NCBI GenBank assembly: GCA_002633005.1
Contig: NMRA01000088.1
Coordinates: 616,186-680,185, forward strand
Length of the DNA: 64,000 nucleotides
Reading direction: 5' to 3'
Source of the DNA: Phoronis australis
Lineage: Eukaryota; Animalia; Phoronida
Shown: positions 26,538-39,162 of the stretch, piece by piece
Layout of the letters: each line of letters starts with the position of its first letter
Position numbering within the stretch: position 1 is the stretch's first letter
Translations under genes and position numbers: made by a program
The notes under the pieces: generated by a model
The model's database searches: none
Told to the model about the DNA's origin: nothing
What the model saw: only the letters and a program-made list of their open reading frames with translations

Positions 26538-27352
26538 TCGCCGCGGATAAGTCTAAATTTCCTGTTAACAGATGGCGTGAAGAAAAGACATTCTCAAAAT
26601 ATCTTCTCGGAGATGCACAATTTTCATCAAACCGAAAAAGGATAAGTTGCGTAGATGTATCCAAATGAATACGCACGTGAACACAAGAAATTGGGGAAAC
26701 ATCGAAAGCACTACTGAAAAACGCGTCATGTCGTTTTTTAATCCCGTGAAGTAGACTAGAGGCTCTAAACTGTACGTGGATGAGGGCGCTCACACATGGT
26801 TTGCGCTAAGAAGTATGGACACCTATCCATATTTATTAAAAAGTGAACACCAATGGCCAGATTTCAATTGACCTCTTCCAAATTTGTAGACATTATGCTA
26901 CGTACGCATGCCAGAGTATGGGGGAAACTCAGTCTTGAACATTTGCAAAGCGATTCGAGCACCTTTCCAGGTCACCCATGCGCGCACCCAGCCTCCAATA
27001 TGGGGGGCTCGAATTCCTAATGTCGTGGACTTTAGGTAACAAAATAACCGACGGATTAAAAAACTAAAAATAAATAAGAAAAACGGGCGCACCACTGTGA
27101 ATTGCGCGTTTCCGCTTATTTAGTGGACTTTTGTCTCATTTTCTCTATTCTTGTATCTCACAGGCGGACCTTTTTGCCCACCTCGCCACCGAGCCCCCCC
27201 CCCCGGGTGCGCGCATGCTACCGCATGTTAGCGACATCAGCCAGCTAAGTCTGTCCACTCATTACGATGACAAACTTCCTCTCATCCGTCGATCATTATC
27301 ACGCTGATGAGCCCTCTGTTCCGACACAAAAGCCTTGGGCATCAAACGGTTA

Positions 27353-29690
27353 AACAAAAGCAACACATAGCGTTGAAATGGGCCGCGACTGCACCACAAA
27401 TGGTAAGTTTCTAGGGCTGTGTTAGTTAGTATCATAGAAATGGTGCTGTAGAATACGTCCAGCCTGTCTAAATACGGGAAGGCGTCGTTATCTCCCTAAT
27501 AGAAAAATATTTTTATAAATTTCATGAAAATCTGGTGAAGAAGTGAAAAGATACAGAGGCAAAGCAAAAAATGCGCATCCCACTAAGAGGCAAAGCGGTA
27601 ATCAGATCCTCCGATCTGTTGTCAAGTTAATAGGAATAAACTTGCCAAATTTCACAAAAATCCTGTTGGGGACTTAGTCGATACTGTCGCAGGTGCAAAG
27701 AATGCCACTAAGGGGCACCGCAGGAGTTAAGATTCTTTCAAAAATCAACGTCAATATGAACACAACGGCGAACTTTTATGATGATTTGAGCAATTTGGCA
27801 AATACTAGAAAAAAAAATCGCCACTAGGTGGTGCAGAGTATGTCACTGAAACCCATCCCGAAAAGAAAAGGCGCTGTCGTCTTCATAATAGAAACCTGTT
27901 CGGTAAAATTCATGAAAAACTGCCTATGGAGGAACTAAAATTACCACAAGGGGGCATAGCGGTAGTCAGATCCGTCGAAAAGTCGTGGTCTTGCAGCCTT
28001 TGTCATATTCACAAGAAAACGCTTGCCACATTTCACAAAGAACCTCCAAACCTCCAAAGGATTAAGGAGATACAGCCAAAGAAAAAATTGCTATTAAGGA
28101 ACGCCACAGCTGTTCTATACCTACAAAAATGAACGTCAGTCGTGATATTTTCCAATCAAGAACACGTCTGCCAGTTTTCATAATAATCCTTTTAGCGGTT
28201 TAGTAGATAGAGAGGTGCGTGCCAGAAAATAAGATTCCAAGACAACAAACGGCCACTAGATGGCGCAAACTAGGTGGAATCCGTCTAAAAACAGATTGGC
28301 ATTGTCTTTTTAAGAGAAGTCAATTTGCCAAATTTTATGAACTCAGAGAATACAGAGGCAAAACAAAAATATATATATTTTGCCACTAGAAACTCGTTAT
28401 CATCAGTCGTCAGCTCCCAAGCTACAAATTCAATGTGCTAAATTTCACAAAGCTCCTATAAGGGTTAAGGTGATACGGCCGCGGACGCAAAAAAAATCGC
28501 CACTTGGTGACGCCACAGTAGTTGGATCCGTCCAACAATCAACGTCAGCTGTAGTGTTCTTAACAGAAACACATCTGCACACAATTTCGTAACTGTTCTT
28601 TGAGCGGTCTTGCGGACACCCGAAAACGTACTCGAAAATAACAAAATTGTCCAAAAGGTGGCGCAAAAGACGTAAATGGAATGGCATTGTCTTCTTCAGG
28701 CAAAATGGTGAATGTTGGCCCCTTTTGTCCACTGACGTCACACGCATGCTGGCGCCCTCAGTGGAGGCCATGAGAACTCGTACTGATTTAGCCTATCAGT
28801 ACGGACCAAGTAGCATCAGACGAGTCACCGATAGATTTGGATATTTTTATGTATCGTGACTTTCGTCAATCCTCAAAATCTAAGAATTAAGAATGTTTTT
28901 GTGATATGTTACAAAGTGAATTCTGAGGTTGTGGCATGATAAATAATTTTGCTCAGTTGAGTGTCTGAGCTGAGTCCTGCGTCCGCGGGTAGGCCTACTG
29001 CGAATGGCCACGATACTTAAGTATGCAGAGGTTCTGTAAAACTTCCGTTTGAGCTTCTCATGATTTACGGCGGTGATAAGACGTCTGCTGCCAGTGAGTT
29101 GAATGCGGCAGAGCATTCGGTTATTCTGTTTTTCATATTAAAATATTGAAAGTTATGTCGACCAAAATGGTATTATTTTGTTAATTATAAGTCGACTCGC
29201 ATTTGCCAAAGGTTTGCCTAAAAATCTGTAAATAATTACATTCAAGAACAGCACTGTCCGTGGCCTGGCATACAAGCAAATGTATCGGTATAGAGTATCT
29301 TTGCTTGATACAAATGATGTCAGTCACCACCCTGAGTCGATTTACCAGTCGTGTAAACAAACTGCAGATTCTACAAGGGCAGGCTACCAGTGCGAAGTCT
29401 CCTAACCTCCCTTGGGGGACGCCAGCATGCGTGTGACATCAGTGGACAAAAGGGGTTTTGGCCAACATTCACCATTCTGCCTTCTCTTCAGAGACTTATT
29501 TGCCAAATTTCATGAACATACATCAAGGATATCGAAAGGTACAGAGGCAAACGTAAAAAAATAAAATTGCCACTAGGTAGCACAGCGATAGTCGGATCGG
29601 TCCGAAACCCGCCACCGTTTGTCGCCAGCTTAATACACGTGCCAAATTTCACAAAGATACAGAAGCGGACGTAAAACGCAGGACACCCAA
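27353..29690 (+). mobile_element. Helentron/HINE-like element with about 120-160 bp degenerate satellite-like monomers, interrupted at 28699-29481
   Basis: gccactaRRgg-like motif recurs near 27580, 27704, 27820, 27941, 28089, 28251, 28381, 28498, 28648, 29570. Confidence 0.6.
28699..29481. mobile_element. TIR element (MuDR-like) nested in the satellite array
   Basis: About 60-bp TIR ggcaaaatggtgaatgttggcc..ccttttgtccactgacgtcacacgcatgctggcg; flanks TCTTCTTCA/TTCTCTTCA (7/9). Confidence 0.7.
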
Positions 29691-30724
29691 ATGGCAATAT
29701 CCACGCGCATATGTATGTTCGGGTAAAACGTACCATTAACCGAATATGCACCGTAGGTCTTCTTGTGCTACAAAACAATTTCAGATCGTCAAGCTCTGTA
29801 AAAAATCGTCTTAGCCTAAGCAATAACTTAAATAGTATCAGATAAATTTTACAAATGGCAGTAATGTATACGAGTGTAAGAAATGCCGAAAAATTCGGGA
29901 GATCAAAAAATCCGCAAATTTTGTGTCAACGTGATAATTCCGCAAAAAGACTCACACACAGGGACCTATCCTAATAGATTGGATGGTTCGTTTTTGTAAA
30001 GCAAGTGAACCGTGTAAATCAGATGGGACAGTAAGATTGTACACAGGATCTCACAAATGATTGGACAGGAATGCGGTTATTCATTGAGACGAAGCAATAC
30101 ACAGCCTTAGGAAATGAAAAGTGGAGCTCAACATTATTGTAAAGCATGACTCTATTACAGCTACTTTTCAATAATGGGCGTTGAGGACAGCGTATGAATG
30201 GCGTGCAGAGTGAGGCAATTTGTCACAGAGTTGTAGGTAGCAATAAAGCTAACGTTTGGTTAAAACGGGAATTGTTTACCCAAATCAAAGCGCTGTTCAT
30301 TTTACATCAAAGAGATGAAAGACATAACACATTTGTTGTGCGATTTTTTAGATTTTAAAGAGTTCTGGAAAAGGACTTTCGAATAACTTAGTAAGCTAGA
30401 GTAGCAGGAAAACGAGAAGTGGGTTTATTTACGATAAACTTCGGTGTGAACGGTAAGCTTTTAGTGACAGAGACGTCCACCAAGAATTGACACACCCACC
30501 TAGAATTAACATCGCTAAATATGTAGTTTCTCCCGGGTGTTCCTTTATAAATCTTACTACATATCTGTGCGCAAGTGCATTTACAAGATCGATGATGTCC
30601 TTATTCGGGATCTGTTTGAAGACGGAAATCGTTCCTGAGCACGGTGTGAAAAGGCTTTATACGTGTTTGTTTCGTGAACGTTACGTAGGAACTTATTGAT
30701 ATGTAGCCTAAAATCTATAAAACT

Positions 30725-32400
30725 AAAGAATCTAACTCAGCAAAATTATATATTTTCTGAAGGTAGAAATTCTGTAGAATTCTATTTTTGACTTAACAGT
30801 ATACCAATGTGCCATAAGGTCAAGAGACCATGTTTTTTGTTAGAAACTAGCAAAAAAGAAAAGTACATTTATAGTAAAACAACAGGGTCACAGCATGAAT
30901 AAATTTTGTATGATATAAATGTTCTCAAGATAGACTCTCAAAAACGCTGCTCCAGTTTTTCTCGAAGTTGTCATTTCATTTTCGTTTTTTGCAACCTTAA
31001 AGTTTTTCAAATTCATGAAAGGCCTATTCATTGATACATGTAGGCCCTCATGTACGAATGGAACACTTTAAAAATAATTCCTTAGTGCGTTTTAAAGAAC
31101 TCTGCATAAAGCAAAGCAACTTAAAGTTTCAGGCGAAAACGACCAGCAATTTCTGATATATTATTTTCCGAATTTGGCCAAAATTGGACACTTTTCTAGG
31201 TCTCTACATAACCTCAAGTCACCTAATTTGTATAGTGTGTCTTAGATAGCGTATACTAAACAGGATAATGTCGTCGTGAAACAGTGTGATCGTGTGGTTA
31301 CCGCTTGATGTTGTAGCGCATACAGTTATTGTACATCCGTCTATATACCGTATACGATTCGAAAGGTAAACAAGTTAGTCAATAGAAGGATCAGGGTGAG
31401 TTAAAACCAAGCTTCTGATTTAAGGAGCAGCAAATTATTTCATCAAAACATTTTAGTTGAGGTAAAAAATTTAACGCCTTGAATTATCAATGGCATGCCC
31501 CTGAACGCTCCAGTTCACCAGATACGCTTGAAAAATATTGGTTCGTTCATAAATTTAGGGACGATAAGCAGTATTTTCGTGGCCTCTAGCGGTACTGCCC
31601 GAGGTGTTCCGAACGGTAGGGCCTGTGACAGTCCCAGTAATCAATGATTCGAAAATGGGTGATTTGCAGGCGAATAAGGGGTTCTCAGGAAAAAAATGGC
31701 GACCGGGTGACGCAAAATTGGTGACGACGGGTAATGGCTGGATTCAATGGCGACCGCAGTACAGAGGGAATGAGACGTTATTTCAAGTCGTCTAATACGA
31801 CGATCGAGAGAACGCCAATGTCTTGGGAATTGTTTCAGGTTTAAACGATAAAATGCGTTTTTCTTCCAGGGCAGTTTAGACCCTTTCACAATGTCTCGAA
31901 TGCAGAACGTAACTTCCATGTATTTGGTCGTTTACGATCAGTGGGATTTACACCACAGCAAGATACGCGTATTGGCTATTACCAGTTGGTGATTGAAACC
32001 TAGCACAACGGCTCTGCATACATTTAAAAGTAGAAATTTTCTGAAAGTAGAAAACCAGCTGAATTGGAGTTTGACGTTTTACACATCCGCCATTAATTGG
32101 GTCACGTGATCATGCTTTTTATTAAAATTCAGCGAAAACAAAGGTGTGTTCATGGCAAAACAATGTTCAAGAAGAAATCTCAAAAAGTTGTTACAGTTAT
32201 CTGAAGTGTCATTTCATTTTCGAGTTATGCAACTTCTGATTTATCATGAAAACCATAAAATTTCTACTCATTGATAGTCCCTTATGCAAAAGTGGACCAG
32301 TCAAAATCACGAGAACAGTGCATAAACTCTGGTTCCTGCAAGTTTTAGATGAATGCGATGAACCGTTTCTGAAGTTAGCCAAACGTGAACATTTTTCTAG
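30725..32400. repeat. Two copies (about 30725-31150 and 32020-32400) of a dispersed repeat also at about 52860-53200
   Basis: Shared ttttctgaaRgtag, gccattaaTYgggtcacgtga (32 and 52.9 kb copies), gtcatttcattttcg motifs; boundaries approximate. Confidence 0.6.
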
Positions 32401-33243
32401 GGTCCTACATGTAAATAACCGTAAGCCGAGATTGTTTGTTGAGACTTTTTATTTAGCAAATGTCTTACCTTGGCACCGATGAGAAATCCATCAGGTTCAA
32501 ATCTGTTTTGAGACTCCATGAACGCTGCTACGTAAATTAGCCGAGCTTCCAAGCTGTATTGGTAAACACGTTCACCTGTCGCCCTTGCGCCTTGGGTTTG
32601 ATTTGGGTTCCAGTCGATTTTCAACTCTGTTTAGATTTTAAGTCTGGTGTACTAAGTTCAAGGAGCACAGACAAGTTTCCGTATAAAGTATAAACTTGAA
32701 ATATGCAACGGCTTCCGACAGTGGGTCTGAAAGAAGTAAAAAATCACCCTTCCAGTCGTACATAATTTAGTAACTTAATAGAAATGGGATGAATAGTATG
32801 AAAATCATGCGGGTCTAAACGAGAACGACTGAAAGCATGGTATGCAGTTTAATCTATTCAGCAGATCGACGGAAATATCTCACACGAGGGCGAAGTGCAG
32901 ATAATTCTTCACTAGACTTCTCTTTTCTGTAACGCCAATAATTCATAATTTTCAATATCGAGTAATCAGGGCTTTCTGTACGTACGATCAGGGGGCGGGA
33001 GTACCCGACAACATTTTAAATGAGGGTGCAGTTGGAAAACTATCAGTTATAGCCACTAAGGGATAAGAGGTCTAAAAATGAACCCTTTTTTCGTAGCGAA
33101 TTTCGTCATAAAACTACCATGACTTAAGCAGTGGAGCAACAATATTGTAAGTACTGACGACAATAAAAGAACACAAACAACGATACGGTGCTGGTGAAAA
33201 TACTGGCAATATGTCGTTATATAGCAGGGCACCGAGAACAGTT

Positions 33244-33564
33244 CATAGGTGGCGCACCACTTATTTCAGCTCTGCGCACCGTTGGGCGGCGCACCGTTGG
33301 GCGGAGCACCGTTGGGCGGCGCACCGTTGGGCGGCGCACCGTTGGGCGGCGCACCGTTGGGCGGCGCACCGTTGGGCGGCGCACCGTTGGGCGACGCACC
33401 GTTGGGCGGCGCACCGTTGGGCGGCGCACCGTTGGGCGGCGCACCGTTGGGCGGCGCACCGTTGGGCGGCGCACCGTTGGGCGGCTCACCGTTGGGCGGC
33501 GCACCGTTGGGCGGCGCACGTACCGTTGGGCTGGGGGCTTTATTTCAGTGCTACACCGCCCATG
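33244..33564. mobile_element. TIR element with 5-bp TSD (CAGTT) carrying a 15-bp minisatellite
   Basis: CATAGGTGGCGCACCACT / AGTGCTACACCGCCCATG imperfect TIR (13/18); CAGTT at 33239-33243 and 33565-33569. Confidence 0.75.
33274..33518. repeat. Minisatellite (GCGCACCGTTGGGCG) x about 16
   Basis: Near-perfect tandem array with a few single-base variants. Confidence 0.97.
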
Positions 33565-34431
33565 CAGTTGTAATGATATTGATAATGCAGTGACGTAAAT
33601 ATTAGCCGTGGAGCAATAAACTATAGCAAAAACGCATCGGTAGTTAGTGACCTCGGCTTTGCACAAGGTCAGGACGTAGGCATGTACCACTAATAATCCC
33701 ATAGCTTACTCACCTGTCCATATGCTTTCAAAAGTATGAAGATTGCGTATGGCGTTGTATCACTACGTAAAACACACTTCTGTCAAACTTCTGTGATGTG
33801 ACACCTCGTTGAACAAACTGGCGTCGTGTTCACCGACGACACATGAACTCAGCACTGAACAATTGACTGCACTTGTGGAAATTTCCACGCTGATGAGTCC
33901 ACCGACTAACAAATGGCTTTTAATTTCGCCTCCGTGTTATTATTTGTGAATCCCGTAGACGGTACACCGCCATGCTTACATAAGTATAAGCTTAAAATTT
34001 GAATGATAACACAAATTCACAGGTCTAGGTCATCAAGTTTATTTTATCCACTGCCACTGGAGTAGCCACTAATGTGTTGAAAAGCGTTATTGAGTTACAA
34101 CTCCTTCAGACCTCGCACACAACGACGTTCAATAGTCAAACCCGTAGGAAACTTTAGTGAGTGAAAACACGACTACACTTTCTGTTGGAGAAGCTTTGTA
34201 TACACTCATCCTCAGAAAGAAAGCGTACAACAAGCTGTCCAACGGACAGTACAGCCGTGTCAGCAATCGAGTTTATAGTAAGAAGGGCTGTTACGTAATT
34301 ATCTCCGTGGGGAAAGTAAACATTTGGGACAAAGACTATAAAATCTTTGACTGGGAGTCACAATCTAGTTTGACTTCGCCGATCTCTTGCCCCGTACAGT
34401 AATCGTCTCACAGCAAGACTGAGACTGATCC

Positions 34432-34588
34432 CAGTGGCGGATTTAAGGGGGGCCAAGGGGGCCATAGCCCCCCTAAAATTCCCCATCTTCCATTTGGCAG
34501 TACAGGGGTGAGAATGTCTGACGGCCAAAATCCTGTTTAATACTCTGCTCTGCCCTCCCTCCAAATCAAAATCCTGGATCCGCCCCAG
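34432..34588. mobile_element. GC-rich MITE, same family as 8862-8994
   Basis: CAGTGGCGGATTTAAGGGGGG...GGATCCGCCCCAG; flanks GATCC/GGTCC. Confidence 0.8.
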
Positions 34589-35149
34589 GGTCCCTGCACT
34601 CGAGATGTGGGATGGTGCCAGTGTTTTCTCTAGAATCAGTTTTTCGTATCAAGGCATCAAGACAAAATGCACATGTCGTTTGTTCACGAGCAGCCTGCTG
34701 TGCGTTGCTTGTCTTGTCTCCTGTTGATTTGTTCGTCGTGAATGTGGGTAAGCTGCGTGACTCATTCACACACAGGTATGACCATGAACGCAGTCCTCAA
34801 ATCTTTGTGATGCAGGTAACCATGTTTATGCATATTAACTAGTATTTGGAATACTGGTGCTTTTTATTTTTCATTTTATTTCTATAATCGTTTTAGATTG
34901 TATCTGGAATGTAGCTGGAATGTATATATTTTTGCCATGTACTTGCATACTGGGGAACTGCACGGTTATTTCATTCTACATCCACCCCCACCATGAGTAA
35001 TTATAGGACAGGTGACCACGTGTTAAATACTGATGATATTCTCGTCAATCACGGAGTTGCCTCCGCTAATAGCCTGCATAATTTATTCTATACTAGTGAT
35101 GAACATGAATTTTTTGCAAACAAAAATTCCCTGTAGTATGATATTGACT

Positions 35150-37965
35150 GCTTAGAACTATTCCTTAGCAATGACAGGACCGATTTCTGTTTGCTCAGTG
35201 CAAATATTCAGTCTTTGCGTTCTAAATTGGATCAGCTTCAGGCTATTTTGCGAAATTTAAAAAACAAACATTTGCTGTTTGACTGCATCTGCTTACAAAA
35301 ACATGACTGAATTCTGATGACAGTTACAGTTTCTATTGTTTAGAACGTTACAATATGATAAAAAGACTTAGAAACTGACTGTTCCAGACATGGGGGCTTG
35401 GTTAATTACGTCAGAGATACGATTAATATAACCAGTGTTGAAATAATTAATAGTAAAAAGACACATGGAGGTAATTAAAGTGAAATTAAGCACTGGTAAA
35501 CATCCTACCATATTTAACATATACAGACCCCCGTCGAATGCTGAGAGATACTTTGATGCCTTCATGTTTGACATTATTCCAACAATATCAAAGTTCATTG
35601 CTAAAGGATGATAGCTGGTGACATCAATGTCGCTTTACTACAAACTTTCAATTTGGTAATCTTTTGAACATATGTTAAACCCGTCTCTTCATCCTAAGAT
35701 AACCTTTCCTACTCGTCTCACCAACAAGATGTGTACTCTTATTGATCAAATTTATACAAAATTCTCCGAGGCTCTCCAACCAAGAACATGACTGACGCTG
35801 CTATACTGTTTTAAAGTTGTCTCTCAATATTAATACAAAAGTAAACCTCATCAACCTATATTTATTCAGATAAAGTCACAGTCGAAAAAATCTCATGCCA
35901 ACTTTAAAACTAATTTGGCTTCAATTGACTTTGGATCAGCCTTAGATAACGATTTGTCTCAAAATCCTAACACCAATTATAGTCACTTTTAAGAGACTAT
36001 AATTAGTCACTTTTAAGTGACTATAATTGGTCTTAAAAGAACAACTATTTTAGATTTGGTAAATAAACAGTTTCACTCCAAAACGTTTCAACAAGCATAA
36101 ACACAAAGTCAACGACTGGATTACATTGGGCATATTAAAATCAATAAAAGTGCGAAACACAACCTGTAAAGAATGAAAACGACATCTCCTGATTCTAGTT
36201 TTTCTCATTTACTCATTAAAACTGCGAAATTATGACAGTAAACTTAAATCTGCAATAAAAGAAGCCAAACGTATGTGCTATGAAAAATAGTTCAAGTAGC
36301 ACAAAAAATGACGTACGCCAAACTTTGCAAGTCATCAAAAACGAAACTTCTAATTCATCCTTCAGCACTGTTCTTCTTCAGTTTACTACCTCTACTGATA
36401 AACACAAAATAGCTGATCAGTTGAACAACTAATTTATTAACGTTGGCTTCCCAAATACCGATATGCAATGAACGTTTCGAAAATTATCTTGACGGTTCCT
36501 TTAAGGTTAAAACCGTTGACGACGGCGAAGTACTAAAGGTAATGAAAAATCTAAAATCAAAATCCACAACAGACTGTGATGGCCTATCATGTTCATTTAT
36601 AAAAAATACTCGAACTTATAAAGCAAACCAATTTCTATGATTATAAAGCAATCCCTACGCACAGGTAATTTGAAGGTAGCTAAGGTAATCCCTATTTATA
36701 AAGGTAATGACACCGACAGTAACTCTCTTGTAAAGTACACACCAATATCTATTCTACCTAAAATTTTCAACTTTTTGAAAAACTGTTCATGGTCAAGTCT
36801 ATTCTTATTTTTCTCATAACAATCTTCTATATAAGTCCCAGTATGGTTTTACACCCAACCACTCCACTGAACTTGCGGCTACTGAATTAGTCCACTCTCT
36901 TTACAAAAACTTAGACAAAGATTTGAACCCAATCTTCGTATTTATATATCTCTCTAAAGCCTTTGATACCATAGATCACGATATCCTCCTAAAAATTTAA
37001 ACATTACGGGTTTTCTAATAACGAATTTTATTGGTTTCACAGCTACCTTGAAAATGGAAAGCAGTTCGTCTGTCTTGATACTGTCACTTCGTCCCAACTT
37101 GACGTTTCTTAAGGTGTACCACAGGGATCTATTTTATGACCTCTCCTATTTCTAATCTATGTAAATGACATCACTTTCACCAGCAAGGCACACTTCATTA
37201 TGCACGCAGACGACACATTCCTGTTACTTCATTTCCATGTTAACAAAATCATAGCCTCAACGATCAAACCATCAGAATAAACAATACCCTACAAGATGTT
37301 TTGATTGGCTAAATACCAATAAATTATCGCTGAACACAAGTAGAACTAATTTTATGCTATTTCGATTTCCACAAAAAATCAGCGAAGCTGAAATCCCTCC
37401 AATCAAAATCAACAATGAATTATTAACAGAGTTGAAAATTTCAAATTTTTAGGTACATGTAGTTTTGTAGACAGTCATCTCTCCTGGAACAAGCATATTC
37501 GGGTAATTTCTAACAAAATTGCCAAAACTGTGGGCGTTCTCTCCACACTGAAACACTGTTTTCCCAATCACACAATCCTGATGATATACAATGCTCTTAT
37601 ACTATCACATCTATATTTTGGTATAACACTATGGGGGTTCAATAATTGTACGAGATTGAAACTTCTTCAGAAAAATGCTTTGAGAAATGTTACCAAGTCT
37701 TCGTTTATTTTTTTCACACGTGTGCAGAACCAATTTGCAGGGTAATCAAAACACTTTTCCTTGACTAAATATTTACCCAAGCTTGCCTAAAATCCTCTTA
37801 CAAATTCAAACATAATCAATTGCCTATATAATGATGACAATGTTTCCAATTCCATCAGTCACCAAGAGATCTTCTTAGAATATGCAGTCAACAACCCTTC
37901 CTTAAACTGCCCACCTACAACAGAAAAAGTTGTGAACATTCATTAATGTTCAAAATACCGAATCT
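35150..37965 (+). mobile_element. Decayed non-LTR retrotransposon ORF2 (CR1/L2 group), APE endonuclease plus reverse transcriptase
   Basis: ANIQSL, FDCICLQ, IFNIYRPP, IAGDINV, FPTRLT..CTLIDQIY; KVAKVIPIYKG, SQYGF..HSTELA, LSKAFDTIDHDILL, GVPQGSIL*PLLFLIYVND, MHADD; many stops and frameshifts. Confidence 0.92.
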
Positions 37966-37967
37966 AA

Positions 37968-39162
37968 TAAATATAGATTATTACATGGCGAAGTCGTTAT
38001 CTTGATCCCCCGTTATCTAGAGCCCGAGTGGATTTTGGAGAATTATTGCTCGAGGGGCGTTAGACCCGAGGGTGATAATTCTCCAAAATCCACAAGGGCT
38101 CTAGATAAGGGGGATAACGGCTGAGAACATGTAATAATCTATTCATACCACATACTAAACGAGAAACATTGCAATGAATCGATTTATCTTTTCTGACTCC
38201 ACGGCTTTGTAACTACTTCCTATGTCAGAGGCACGGGGTCGGAGGTCGTGACCTTTTAAGAAAAGCCGGGCTATTTTTGTCAAATAATGCTTTTACTCAA
38301 AACCAATTGAAAACTTAAATATAATAGAAATAAATTGAATTGATAAATTAAGGTTTACCAACTATTATAACTTAAAACACGTTTTTTTCACGCTAAGATT
38401 CGACCGGGTTATTATCGTCTGCTAAAGTAGGTTACCACTGGTAACTGAATATAATTCTCAAGTCAAAGATCCTGACGACACGATACCCGCATTCAAACTG
38501 TAGATCGATGATTTACAAGTAAGAGGACATGAGAGAAATTTTTCACTGAATTAAGATATCATTTTTATTGAAATTATGTGTCTTATTTTTCGTAGCGTAT
38601 AAGTACAGTACAATGCGGTTTGTTGAACATACGATTATTGCGCGTGCTCATTTAAGTATTCTATTTTTACTCTTGATGACGTCAGTCGCTGCATGGTGTA
38701 GTTGTAAAGTCAGCGACCAGCAATTCCAAGGTCCCGGGTTCGACTCCGTCCTCGGTTTCCCGCCAAATCGTTATCTCGAGATAACTTTATGGGTTATTAC
38801 ACGGTTGTATCTGGCATTTGACGCTAATATTGTGGTATAAATATAGATTATTACATGGCGAAGTCGTTATCCCCCGTTATCTAGAGCCCGAGTGGATTTT
38901 GGAGAATTATCGCCCGAGGGGCGTTAGCCCCGAGGGTGATAATTCTACAAAATCCACGAGGGCTCTAGATAAGGGGGATAACGACTGAGAACATGTAATA
39001 ATCTATTTATACCACTAACTAAACGAGAAACATTGCAATGAATCGATTTACCTTTTCTGACTCTCCACGGCTTTGTAACTACTTTCTATGTCAGAGGCCC
39101 GGGGTCGGAGGTCGTGACCTTTTAAGAAAAGCCCGGCTATTTTTGTCAAATAATGCTTTTAC
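37968..39162 (+). mobile_element. Crypton-like non-autonomous element: 870-bp unit plus a second head-to-tail copy running into the gap
   Basis: 170-bp terminal hairpin at 37973-38142 with cgaggggcgttagacccgagg loop; unit ends TGTGGTATAA at 38840 and restarts at 38841. Confidence 0.65.
38685..38757 (+). other. tRNA-like Pol III promoter module (A box and B box) inside the Crypton-like unit
   Basis: TGGTGTAGTTGT A box at about 38694; GGTTCGACTCC B box at 38737-38747; not a clean cloverleaf. Confidence 0.65.

Noticed and set aside
33274-33518. CRISPR-like regular repeat
   Set aside because: No unique spacers, no cas genes, eukaryotic context.
33188-33702. Four overlapping repetitive ORFs (RRTVG, WAAHR, GGAPL, RRPTV)
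   Set aside because: Products of a stop-free 15-bp minisatellite inside a MITE; no coding evidence.
38685-38757. Functional tRNA gene
   Set aside because: Stems are imperfect, it is embedded in a repeat and the sister copy is diverged; treated as tRNA-derived.
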